Below are positions 11,090 to 19,907 of a stretch of 35,820 nucleotides of DNA, piece by piece. The notes beneath the pieces are model-generated. The model saw only the letters and a list, made by a program, of their open reading frames with translations, was not told the origin of the DNA and ran no database searches. The number at the start of each line of letters is the position of its first letter. Position 1 is the first letter of the stretch. Position numbers and translations under genes: made by a program. Source of the DNA: Deltaproteobacteria bacterium (GTDB lineage: Bacteria > Myxococcota_A > UBA9160 > JAFDET01); NCBI GenBank assembly GCA_019310195.1, contig JAFDET010000014.1:1-35820 (forward strand), written 5' to 3'.

Positions 11090-11142
11090 CCTGGCCTCTC
11101 CGTATCGAGAGGTACCCGAGAAAGCCTACCCCGCACAACCCC

Positions 11143-12040
11143 TCAGGCCGGGTTCACCTCCAGGTATTGCACGCTGAAGAGGCGCTCCGGATCGGTCCAG
11201 CACGCGACCACGCTCCAGCCGGCGCCCTGCGCCAGGTCGGCGAACGGGCCGAGCCGGTACTTGTACGAGTTCTCGGTGTGGATGCGCTCGCCCGCGGACA
11301 GCGACACCTGCCGCTCGGCGATCCGAACGGTCTGGTCCCGGACGCTCTCCAGGTGCATCTCGATGCGGCCCTCGTCCTCGTCGTAGAAGGCGACGTGGCG
11401 GAAGTCGTCGGGTCGAAAATCGGCCCCCAGCTCGCGGTTGGCCCGCACCAGCAGGTTCTTGTTGAAGGCCTCGGTGACCCCCGCTGCGTCGTTGTAGGCC
11501 CTTTCCAGGGTCTCGCGATCCTTCTGCAGATCGACGCCCAGCAGCAGACCGCCGCCCTCACCCGAGATCTCGGCCACGTGCTCCAGGAAGGAGGCCGCCT
11601 GGGGCCGCGCCGGTGTAGTCGGCACAGACCGGCAGGACCTCCAGGCGGGGATAGAGCCCGTGGAGGATTGTCGCGGTCCGCTCGAGCTGCTCCCGGGAGA
11701 TGTCAATGGGCACGTAACCAGCGGGCGCGTCGAGGTGGTCCAGCAGGATGCGGGACTTGAGGCTGGCGCCACTGCCGTACTCCACCAACAGACAGCGCTC
11801 GCCCAGACATCCCGCCATCTCCTCGGCGTGGGTGCGGGTGATCTCCAGCTCGGTGCGCGTGGGGTAGTACTCCGGCGTCTCGCAGATGCGCTCGAAGAGC
11901 TCGGCGCCGCGCTCATCGTAGAAGTACTTGGAAGGAATCGACTTGGGATGCTGCTGGAGTCCGCGCAGCAGGTCGTCCCGGAAGGACGCCTGGGGCGATC
12001 CGAAGTCCAGCACTTCGGGAACCGAGGCCCGCTGATACAT
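11143..12040 (-). pseudogene. egtD: L-histidine N-alpha-methyltransferase EgtD, interrupted by an internal deletion plus frameshift (or assembly error)
   Basis: N-half KSIPSKYFYDERG, EYYPTRTE, LVEYGSG ... VCADYT is in one frame. C-half PQAASFL ... GVDLQKD, AYNDAAGVTEAFNKNLL, RIEMHL, IHTENSYKY is in another. The junction is at 11605-11611 and the conserved F(P/L)GSTIGN segment is absent. Confidence 0.85.
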
Positions 12041-12048
12041 GGGGGCCG

Positions 12049-12099
12049 AGTATAGCCAGCGTGGCGTTTCGTCCAGGCAGGGGCGCTTGCGGCTATGCT
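12049..12099. promoter_or_regulatory. Divergent promoter pair with -10 hexamers TATACT (minus, 12049-12054) and TATGCT (plus, 12094-12099)
   Basis: The hexamers lie 8 nt from the egtD ATG and 6 nt from ATG 12106. Neither gene has an SD. Confidence 0.5.
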
Positions 12100-12105
12100 T
12101 GGCCA

Positions 12106-12795
12106 ATGCGTCCGCTGGTGGGAGTGGCCGCCGGCGTTTACGGAAACGCCACGGGCACGTCGCGCATCGAACTCGGGCTGGATTACACCCGCGCGCTGGA
12201 GGCGTCGGGAGCGGTGCCAGTGGTGCTGCCGATCCAGGCCGACCCCGCTGACCTCGTCCAGCGCATCGCGGGCCTGGTGGTTCCCGGCGGGCCGGATTTC
12301 GTCCCGACCACGCCCTACCCCGCCGGAGTCGAGTTCGACGCCGCCCCGCCGAAACAGCTGGCCTTCGACACCGCACTGATCCAGGCGGCGCTCGAGCGCG
12401 GCACATCGTTCCTGGGCATCTGCTGGGGCATGCAGCTTCTGGCACGCGCGCTGGGCGGGTCGCTCCACCACCATCTGCCCGTGGACGTGCCGAGCGCCCG
12501 GCCGCACAAGACCGCCTCCGGCGATCTGGAGCACGGCCTGCGCGTGGAGCCCGGCACGCGTCTGGCCGCGCTGCTGGGACCCGACGCGGATCGCGTGAAC
12601 AGCCGCCATCATCAGGCGGTGGCCGACCCGGGACCGGCCCTGCGCATCAGTGCCCGCGCCGACGACGGCGTGGTCGAGGCCCTCGAACGCCCGGGTGCGC
12701 CCTTCTGCGTGGGCGTGCAGTGGCACCCGGAGCGCATGGACGCCCCCCACCGCCGCGCGCTCTTCGGCGGCTTCGTCGCGGCCTGTCGGGACTGA
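12106..12795 (+). CDS. Gamma-glutamyl-gamma-aminobutyrate hydrolase family (peptidase C26, class I glutamine amidotransferase)
   Basis: MRPLVGV start, GGPD, nucleophile elbow GICWGMQ, VNSRHHQAV and GVQWHPE. Confidence 0.88.
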   Translation: MRPLVGVAAGVYGNATGTSRIELGLDYTRALEASGAVPVVLPIQADPADLVQRIAGLVVPGGPDFVPTTPYPAGVEFDAAPPKQLAFDTALIQAALERGTSFLGICWGMQLLARALGGSLHHHLPVDVPSARPHKTASGDLEHGLRVEPGTRLAALLGPDADRVNSRHHQAVADPGPALRISARADDGVVEALERPGAPFCVGVQWHPERMDAPHRRALFGGFVAACRD

Positions 12796-12825
12796 ACGAG
12801 GTACCCTGCCGCGCCCGGAGGTTGC

Positions 12826-14895
12826 ATGAGGACGCGTTGGATCCCGATTCTGTGCCTGGCCCTGGCCTGCGGTGCGCCGGCGCCGGAGATCCCCTCCTCC
12901 GGCCAGACCTACGACGTGCACATCCTGCGCGACAGCTGGGGCGTGCCGCACATCTTCGGCGCCCGCGACGCCGACGTGGCCTTCGGCCTGGCCTGGGCCC
13001 ACGCCGAGGACGACTTCGCCACGATCCAGGAGTCGCTCTTGATGTCGCGGGGCTCGCTGGCGGCGGTCCGGGGGCGCGACGCGGCGCGCTACGACTTCCT
13101 GTCGCGCTGGCTGCGGGTGCAGGACGTGGCCCGTGCGGCTTGGGAACGCGACCTCTCCCCCGAAGCACGCGCGGTGGCCGAGGCCTACGCCGACGGCATC
13201 AACCGCTTCGGACAGCACCACCCGGACCAGGTGCTGCCGGGTGTGTTGCCCGTCAGCGGCGTCGACCTGGCGGCCGGGTTCGTGTTCCAGAACGCGGCGT
13301 TCGTGGCGGGCGGCGAGCTGGCGCGCCTGCTGGACGAGGACCGCGCGCTGGAGGAGGAGAAGCCGGAGCCGCCCCGAGGCTCGAACTCGTTCGCCGTGGC
13401 TCCCAAACGCTCCGCGGACGGGCGCACGCGCCTGGCGGTCAACTCCCATCAGCCCTGGACCGGCCCGGTGGCGTGGTACGAGGCGCACCTGCGCAGCGAC
13501 GAGGGCTGGGAGGCCGTGGGCGGCGTCTTCCCGGGATCGCCCGTGATTCTGCACGGCCACAACCGCCACCTGGGCTGGGCCCACACCGTCAATCAGCCCG
13601 ACCTGGTGGACGTGTTCCGGCTGGAGATCCACCCGGAGGATCCGAATCGCTACCGCTTCGATGGGGAGTGGCGCGAGCTGGAGCAGCGGAAGATCCCGAT
13701 CCGCGTGCGCCTCTGGGGCCCGTTCCACTGGACCGTGCAGCGCGAGGTGCTGGCGTCGGTGCATGGCCCGGTAGTGCGCCGCAAGGACGGCACCTTCGCG
13801 GTGCGCTTTGCCGGGATCGGCGAGGGCGGCATGCTCGAGCAGATCTACCGCATGAACCGCGCGCAGAACCTGGAGGAGTTCCGCGCGGCCATGCGCCTGC
13901 ATCGCATCGCCATGTTCAACACGCTCTACGCCGATGAGGCGGGCAACGTCTGGTACGTCTACAACGCCAAGCTTCCCCTGCGCGCCGACGGCCACGACTG
14001 GAGCGGCGTGGTGGACGGCAGCACCTCCGAAACCCTGTGGAGCGAGTACCTGCCCTTCGACGCGCTGCCCCAGGTGACCAACCCGGCGTCGGGCTTCGCC
14101 CAGAACTGCAACAGCACGCCCTACCGGACCACGGACGGGACCGACAACCCGCGCCAGGACGAGTTCGATCCGAAGCTGGGCGTCGAGACACACATGACCA
14201 ACCGGGCCTTGCGTGCCCTGGAACTCTTCGGTCCCGACGCCTCGATTACCCGCGACGAGTTCTTCGCGTACAAGTTCGACATGGCCTACTCCCGGGAGTC
14301 GGACGAAGCCGGCTGGGTGCGGCAGCTCCTGGAGGCCGGCCCGCCCGAGGACCCGGAGCTGCGCGAGGCCTGGGACCGGATCGCAGCCTGGGACCTGGGC
14401 GCCGAGCCCACCAACCGCGGCACAGCCATCGGCATCCTGACCCTCCTACCCTACTGGAACGCCCTGCGCCGCGGGCTGGAGCCGCCCTCGCTGCTGGAGC
14501 TTCTGGGCCGGGCGGCCGACACGCTGCGCGAGCATCACGGCCGGCTCGACCCTCCCTGGGAACAGGTCAACCGGCTGCGCCGGGGCGACCTGGATCTGGG
14601 CGTGGGAGGCGGCCCGGACATCCTGCACGCGGTCTACGCCGAGCCCACCGACGACGGCCGAATGCGTGGTGTGGCCGGGGACTCCTACGTGCTGATGGTG
14701 GAGTGGGGACCCCGCGGCGTCCGCTCGCGCAGCATCCACCAGTTCGGCAGCGCCACCCTGGACGCCACCTCGCCCCACTACGCGGACCAGGCGGTGCTCT
14801 TCGCCAAGCGCATGACCAAGCCGGTCTGGCTCGACGAGCAGGACGTGCGCGCCAACCTCATCCGCGAGTACGTCCCCGCCGGCGCCACTCCTTAG
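12826..14895 (+). CDS. Penicillin acylase family Ntn-hydrolase, probable lipoprotein
   Basis: Lipobox-like LALAC, RDSWGVPHI, beta-subunit start G|SNSFAVAP, NSHQPW, WAHTVN and QNCN. GGAGG RBS. Confidence 0.9.
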   Translation: MRTRWIPILCLALACGAPAPEIPSSGQTYDVHILRDSWGVPHIFGARDADVAFGLAWAHAEDDFATIQESLLMSRGSLAAVRGRDAARYDFLSRWLRVQDVARAAWERDLSPEARAVAEAYADGINRFGQHHPDQVLPGVLPVSGVDLAAGFVFQNAAFVAGGELARLLDEDRALEEEKPEPPRGSNSFAVAPKRSADGRTRLAVNSHQPWTGPVAWYEAHLRSDEGWEAVGGVFPGSPVILHGHNRHLGWAHTVNQPDLVDVFRLEIHPEDPNRYRFDGEWRELEQRKIPIRVRLWGPFHWTVQREVLASVHGPVVRRKDGTFAVRFAGIGEGGMLEQIYRMNRAQNLEEFRAAMRLHRIAMFNTLYADEAGNVWYVYNAKLPLRADGHDWSGVVDGSTSETLWSEYLPFDALPQVTNPASGFAQNCNSTPYRTTDGTDNPRQDEFDPKLGVETHMTNRALRALELFGPDASITRDEFFAYKFDMAYSRESDEAGWVRQLLEAGPPEDPELREAWDRIAAWDLGAEPTNRGTAIGILTLLPYWNALRRGLEPPSLLELLGRAADTLREHHGRLDPPWEQVNRLRRGDLDLGVGGGPDILHAVYAEPTDDGRMRGVAGDSYVLMVEWGPRGVRSRSIHQFGSATLDATSPHYADQAVLFAKRMTKPVWLDEQDVRANLIREYVPAGATP

Positions 14896-15764
14896 CTCCC
14901 GCGGAGCTCCTGGGTAGAGAGGCAGAAGCCCACGCCCTGGAGCCAGCAGGTGTCGTCGTGGACGTGCTCGTCGCGCCGCAGCGAGCGGACCTCGCGGACT
15001 CCGCCGCCTTCGAAGGCCCGGGCGATGCGCTTCTGCATCTCGGGATCCCGCCCCCCGAAGAGCGCCGGGATTGCAACCCCGTCGATGAAGCGGGCCTCGA
15101 ACCCTGCGCCATGCTTCACGAGTCGCAGCACCTGCCCTGCGTGGTCGCGGATCACGCGCGCGGTGACGCCGCCGGGAATCCGCGTTCCCGTGAGTGGAAG
15201 CACCAGTCGGCCGCCCACGTCCAGCGCATCCAGCCAGGAGTCCGGGGGATGCGTGACGCCGCCGCCCACCAGGATCGCGTCCAGCGGTCCTTCGAGCGGA
15301 TCGGTCCCGTCGCCGTGAACCACCTCCACCTGACGCACCCGGCGCAGGTTGCGGCGCGCCCGCTCGGCGAGTCGCGGCTCGAGCTCCAGCGCCCGCACGC
15401 GCCCCTCGCGCCCCACCAGCTCGGCCAGAATGGCCGTGTAGTAGCCGCTGCCGCAGCCCACCTGCACCACGCGGTCGCCGGCCTCCAGAGCCAGGGCGTC
15501 GATCATCTTCGCCACCAGGTAGGGCGAGCTGTTGTTGATGAAGCGCGAGACGTCCAACGCCAGGGAGCAATCCGCATAGACCTGGGCAGGATCCGCGTCG
15601 GGTGTGGAGTAGTAGCCGTCGATGCGAAACTCGAGCCAGGGACCTCGGTCCAGGAAGCGCTCGCGCGGCACGCGGGCAAAGGCCTCGCGAAGTCCCGGCG
15701 TGCGCAGCTCCAGCGCCTCCGCGAGCTCATCCGCGAACCGGCGGCGGACCTCGTCTAACCCCAC
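14892..15764 (-). CDS. Protein-L-isoaspartate O-methyltransferase family protein with C-terminal extension
   Basis: AFARVPRERF, INNSSP, VGCGSGYYTAILAELVG, GDG and GGRLVLP motifs. GTG 15764 chosen, with TAGACT 7 nt upstream. Confidence 0.82.
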   Translation of the reverse strand: MGLDEVRRRFADELAEALELRTPGLREAFARVPRERFLDRGPWLEFRIDGYYSTPDADPAQVYADCSLALDVSRFINNSSPYLVAKMIDALALEAGDRVVQVGCGSGYYTAILAELVGREGRVRALELEPRLAERARRNLRRVRQVEVVHGDGTDPLEGPLDAILVGGGVTHPPDSWLDALDVGGRLVLPLTGTRIPGGVTARVIRDHAGQVLRLVKHGAGFEARFIDGVAIPALFGGRDPEMQKRIARAFEGGGVREVRSLRRDEHVHDDTCWLQGVGFCLSTQELRGS

Positions 15765-15832
15765 GCGGGTGAGTCTATGCGGTGGAGAGCGATGGTGCAG
15801 GTACAATCCAGCCTCGCTCGTCAGGGGGAAGC

Positions 15833-16723
15833 ATGGGAGAGGATCGGGACCGCCGGGCACTCGGGCTGCTCGGCGCGGGTGCGGCGCTGGGAATCGCGCT
15901 GGCCGCATGGGGCCTCGCCGGCTCCGGCGACGCGGTGGGCGGACTGCCGGAGGGCGCGATCGCCGTCGTGAACCAGCAGCCTCTGTCGGCCGAGGCCTTC
16001 GAGCGCTTCGCCGCGGCGGTGGCCGGCGAACGACGCAGCCAGCTGGGCGCCGACGAGCGCCGGCGGCTGCTGGAGCGCATGATCGACGAGGAGCTGCTCT
16101 TCCAGCGCGGACTGGAGCTGGGCCTGGCCCGGCACGAGCCCACCGCCCGCCGCTCGATCGTGTCCGCGCTGATCGCCAGCATCGCCAGCGATGCCGAGGC
16201 CGATGAGCCCGACGAGGCGGCGCTACGCGCCTTTCACACCGACTCCCGCGAGCGATTCACGCGGCCCGGGCGCCTGTCGGTGGAGGTGGCCTTCGTGTCC
16301 GCCCGCGGCCGCGCGGAGAACGAGAGCTACGAGCGCGCTTCGGAGATCGCGCGTCGAGCCAGGGCCGGCGAGCCGCTGCCCGACGTAGCCTCCGCCCTGG
16401 GCGACGTCCCGACGGCCCCACTGCCGGCCGGGCTGCTGCCGGTGGAGACCCTGCGCCAGTACCTGGGGCCCACCGCAGCCGTGGCGGCGGAACGCCTGGA
16501 GGCCGGCGAGGTGAGCGATCCGATCCGGGGCGTCGGGGGCTACCACGTGGTGCGGCTGGTGGAGCGGACCGAGGGCGCCGTGGCGCCCTTCGACGAGGTC
16601 CGCAACCAGGTCCGCGCCGAGTACCTGCGCTCGCTGGGCGAGCGCGCACTGGCCCGCGCCATCGACGACCTGCGCGCGGACTCCACGATCCGGATCGACG
16701 ATGCGAGGCTGGACGCGCCATGA
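15833..16723 (+). CDS. Membrane-anchored PpiC/SurA-type foldase (rotamase-like)
   Basis: N-terminal hydrophobic helix, AVVNQQPL, LERMIDEELLFQRGLELGL and GEVSDPI...GYHVVRL motifs. Confidence 0.78.
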   Translation: MGEDRDRRALGLLGAGAALGIALAAWGLAGSGDAVGGLPEGAIAVVNQQPLSAEAFERFAAAVAGERRSQLGADERRRLLERMIDEELLFQRGLELGLARHEPTARRSIVSALIASIASDAEADEPDEAALRAFHTDSRERFTRPGRLSVEVAFVSARGRAENESYERASEIARRARAGEPLPDVASALGDVPTAPLPAGLLPVETLRQYLGPTAAVAAERLEAGEVSDPIRGVGGYHVVRLVERTEGAVAPFDEVRNQVRAEYLRSLGERALARAIDDLRADSTIRIDDARLDAP

Positions 16724-17979
16724 CGCGAACGCTGGCGCTGGCTGCGCTGGCGTCCCTGGCCCTGGGACTGCCTGGAGCGGCACTCGCCCACGGCCGTTCC
16801 ACGTCCATGTCGTCCTGGGACATCCGCGACGCAGAGCGGCCCTCGGCGCGCGTGCGCGTGCAGGCGACCTGGCTGGACCTGCAGCGCGCGCTACCCGAGC
16901 TGGGCGGACTGACTCCCGGGGTTCTCGCCACACGGCCGGATCTGGCGGCGGCCGTGGACGCCTACCTGACCAGCCACTACCGGCTGCAGGTAAACGGCGT
17001 CGCGTGCCACCCGACCGCACCGCGTGCGTCGCCGGTGCCCGACGCCACCCACGTGGCTCGCCGCTGGCGCATCCAGTGCTCGCTCGCCGGTGAGCGCTCG
17101 GTGCGGGCCGACGGCTTCACCGAGGTGATGCCGGCCCACCTGCACCTGGCCCGCCTGCGCATCGACGAAGCGGCGCCCCTGGGACGCGTATTCGTGCTGG
17201 CCTCCCCGCTGCTCGAGCTGGACCGGGCCGAAGGCCGGGAGCTGCCCCGGGCCAGTTCGTTTCGGGAGTTCGTCCGCCTGGGGATCGAGCACATCGCCAC
17301 CGGCTGGGACCACCTGGCATTCCTGCTCGCGTTGCTTCTCGTCGGCGTGACCGTATGGGAGGTGGCCACGGTGGTGACCGGCTTCACCGTCGCCCACAGC
17401 CTGACCCTGGCACTGGGCGTGCTGGGCTGGGTGCGCCCCCAGGCCGGGGCGGTCGAGGCCCTGATCGGGCTCTCGATCGTGGTGGTGGCGCTGGAGAACA
17501 CGGCGCTGACGGTTTCGGCGCGGGGGCGGCGCACGATCCTGGTCGGCCTGGCGGCACTGTTCGCCGTGTCCACGGCCGGTGCGCTGGCGGGTCGGGTCGC
17601 GGTCCCCGCCTTGGCGCTGGCCGGCATCGGCCTCTTCTCGCTGTGCTACTTCGGCCTGCTGTCGCGGGTGGCCCGACCCTTCCGGCTGCGCTGGCTGCTG
17701 GCCTTCGTGTTCGGGCTGGTGCACGGCTTCGGCTTCGCGGGCATCCTCACCGAGATGGAGCTGCCGCCCAGCCGCCTGGCCCCGGCGCTGCTCGGCTTCA
17801 ACGTGGGTGTCGAGCTGGGCCAGCTCGCCATCGTCGCCGTGGCCTGGCCCTTCCTGCGCGCACTGCTCCGAGGGCCCCAGACCCGCCGACAGCTTGTCGT
17901 GCAGGCCGGCTCCGCGGCGGTGCTGGCGGCGGGGATCTTCTGGTTCGCGTCCCGCGCGCTGGCCGCCGGCCCCCCCTGA
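16720..17979 (+). CDS. HupE/UreJ family membrane protein with periplasmic N-terminal domain
   Basis: Signal peptide ending ALAH. GIEHIATGWDHLAF, FTVAHSLTL, FGLVHGFGFA and FNVGVELGQ motifs. ATGA overlap with the upstream gene. Confidence 0.88.
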   Translation: MTRTLALAALASLALGLPGAALAHGRSTSMSSWDIRDAERPSARVRVQATWLDLQRALPELGGLTPGVLATRPDLAAAVDAYLTSHYRLQVNGVACHPTAPRASPVPDATHVARRWRIQCSLAGERSVRADGFTEVMPAHLHLARLRIDEAAPLGRVFVLASPLLELDRAEGRELPRASSFREFVRLGIEHIATGWDHLAFLLALLLVGVTVWEVATVVTGFTVAHSLTLALGVLGWVRPQAGAVEALIGLSIVVVALENTALTVSARGRRTILVGLAALFAVSTAGALAGRVAVPALALAGIGLFSLCYFGLLSRVARPFRLRWLLAFVFGLVHGFGFAGILTEMELPPSRLAPALLGFNVGVELGQLAIVAVAWPFLRALLRGPQTRRQLVVQAGSAAVLAAGIFWFASRALAAGPP

Positions 17980-18032
17980 GACCGCCGCCCGGCTGAAGAC
18001 GCCTTCCGGTTCAGCCGAGGTACAATCTCGTG

Positions 18033-19523
18033 ATGTTCGAAGCAGCCGAGCTGGGGCGGAAGGTCTCCAAGAAGGAGTTCGAGCGCCTGGAGCCGGAGCT
18101 CCGCACGAAGCTCCTGGAGACCCAACGGGAGCTCGCCGAGGCGGGGATCCCGGTCATCCTGATCGTGTCGGGCGTGGAGGGCGCCGGCAAGGGCGAGGTG
18201 GTGAACCGCCTGCACGAGTGGCTCGACACCCGCGGCATCACGACCTCCGCCTTCTGGGACGAGACCGACGAGGAACGCGAGCACCCGACGGCGTGGCGCT
18301 TCTGGCGACACATGCCCGAGCGGGGCAAGATCGCCATCTTCTTCGGCTCCTGGTACAGCGGGCCCATCGTCGAGCGCGCCTTTGGGAAGCTCTCCAATGG
18401 CGAGTTCGAACTCGAGCTCGACCGCATCGCCTCCCTGGAGCGCATGCTCGCGGCCGATGGCGCGCTGATCCTGAAGCTCTGGTACCACCTGCCCAAGAAG
18501 GAGCAGAGCAAGCGCATCGAGGCCGATCGCAAGGAAGACGGACGCAACACCCTCGACGTCTCCCCCTTCACCAAGAAGTTCGCCAAGCGCTTCGACGAGT
18601 TCGCCGCCGTCTCGGAGCGCGCCATCCGCAGGACCGACACCGGCCAGTGCGCGTGGCGGGTGATCGAGTCCACCAACCGGCGCTACCGCGACCTGGCCAC
18701 GGGATTCATCATCCTGGATGCCCTGCGCAGGCGTCTGGACAGCGAGGCCGCAACGCCCGAGCCGCCGGAGTCCCACGACATCGAGATCCCGGACCTCGAA
18801 GCAGCCCGCCTCACGATCCTCGACCGCGTGGATCTGACAGAGCGCATCGAGCCGGAGGCGTACAGCCGCGAGCTCAAGTCCCTACAGTCCAGGCTCAACG
18901 CGCTCTCGTGGAAGGCCTGGGAGCGCAAGAAGACCTGCGTGGCCCTCTTCGAGGGCTGGGACGCCGCCGGCAAAGGCGGCGCCATCCGCCGCGTGAACCG
19001 CGCCCTGGACGCCCGTCTCTACCGCGTCGTGCAGATCGCTGCGCCCACCGACGAGGAGCGGGCCCATCACTACCTGTGGCGCTTCTGGCGCGGCCTGCCG
19101 CGGGCAGGCCACATCACCCTCTACGACCGCTCCTGGTACGGTCGCGTGATGGTCGAGCGCGTCGAGGGGCTGGCCCGCGAGGAAGCCTGGCGTCGCTCGT
19201 ATCGGGAGATCAACGCCTTCGAGGAGCAGCTCTGCGACCACGGCATCACGCTGCTCAAGTTCTGGATGCACATCAGCCCGGAAGAGCAGCTCCGGCGCTT
19301 CCGAGAGCGGGAGCAGACGCCCCACAAGGCCCACAAGATCACGGAAGAGGACTGGCGCAACCGCGAGAAGTGGGACGAGTACCGGGCCGCCGTGAACGAG
19401 ATGGTCGCCAAGACGAGCACCAGCGAAGCGCCGTGGACGCTGGTGGCGGGCGACGACAAGCGCTTGGCCCGGGTCCAGGTGCTGAGGACGTTCGTCGAGG
19501 CGTTCGAGAAGGCGCTGGCCTAG
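18033..19523 (+). CDS. pap: Polyphosphate:AMP phosphotransferase (two-domain PPK2)
   Basis: MFEAAELG start and two PPK2 domains (GVEGAGKG...GSWY; EGWDAAGKGG...DRSWYGRV, KITEEDWRNR). TACAAT lies 6 nt upstream of the ATG. Confidence 0.92.
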   Translation: MFEAAELGRKVSKKEFERLEPELRTKLLETQRELAEAGIPVILIVSGVEGAGKGEVVNRLHEWLDTRGITTSAFWDETDEEREHPTAWRFWRHMPERGKIAIFFGSWYSGPIVERAFGKLSNGEFELELDRIASLERMLAADGALILKLWYHLPKKEQSKRIEADRKEDGRNTLDVSPFTKKFAKRFDEFAAVSERAIRRTDTGQCAWRVIESTNRRYRDLATGFIILDALRRRLDSEAATPEPPESHDIEIPDLEAARLTILDRVDLTERIEPEAYSRELKSLQSRLNALSWKAWERKKTCVALFEGWDAAGKGGAIRRVNRALDARLYRVVQIAAPTDEERAHHYLWRFWRGLPRAGHITLYDRSWYGRVMVERVEGLAREEAWRRSYREINAFEEQLCDHGITLLKFWMHISPEEQLRRFREREQTPHKAHKITEEDWRNREKWDEYRAAVNEMVAKTSTSEAPWTLVAGDDKRLARVQVLRTFVEAFEKALA

Positions 19524-19762
19524 GCAGCCAGGGCGGCCGCGGTGTCCGCCGGCGCGTGGTGTGCCTCGAGACGCGTGCAGCGCTTGCAGCTCGGATAGGC
19601 CTCGACCCGGGTGAGGGGATCCCGGACCACGATGCGGTTGGCCATCCAGCGCTCCAGCCCGATCCCGCACAGAGTGTGCTCGGAGTCGCGCCGCACGTGA
19701 TTGCGACCGTTGGGGGCCAGGTTGCGGCGCGCCGGCCGCGTGAAGTGGGTGAACCAGTTCAT
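19520..19762 (-). CDS. Small (80 aa) hypothetical protein with H-x-LCG...CxxC putative zinc site
   Basis: Strong GC3 codon bias on the minus strand. Fills the gap after pap with a shared CTAG stop overlap. Motif NH...HTLCG...SCKRC. Confidence 0.65.
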   Translation of the reverse strand: MNWFTHFTRPARRNLAPNGRNHVRRDSEHTLCGIGLERWMANRIVVRDPLTRVEAYPSCKRCTRLEAHHAPADTAAALAA

Positions 19763-19907
19763 CACCCAATAAGTGCCCCCGAGCCGGGTTCAGGTGACGG
19801 AACGGGGCGATAAAGACGGAGCTGCGCGGCGAATGCCTGGCTCTGGCCCCCGCGGGGAGAGCTCTCGGCGGCGCCGAGCCCATCACGGGCTGCTGTAGAG
19901 TCGCGCC

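Noticed and set aside
11143-14193. 1016-aa ORF ending in an EgtD C-terminus, suggesting a giant fusion
   Set aside because: Only the last ~154 aa are EgtD. The rest is antisense to the acylase and C26 genes and joins only because of the egtD frameshift.
14892-15764. PIMT homologue as a RiPP aspartimide-forming enzyme
   Set aside because: No precursor peptide or RiPP maturase nearby. Flanking genes are unrelated.
19847-19860. 14-bp match CCCCCGCGGGGAGA to the reverse complement of 24501-24514, both near promoters
   Set aside because: Almost all G/C, so such a match is plausible by chance in this composition. No third copy seen.
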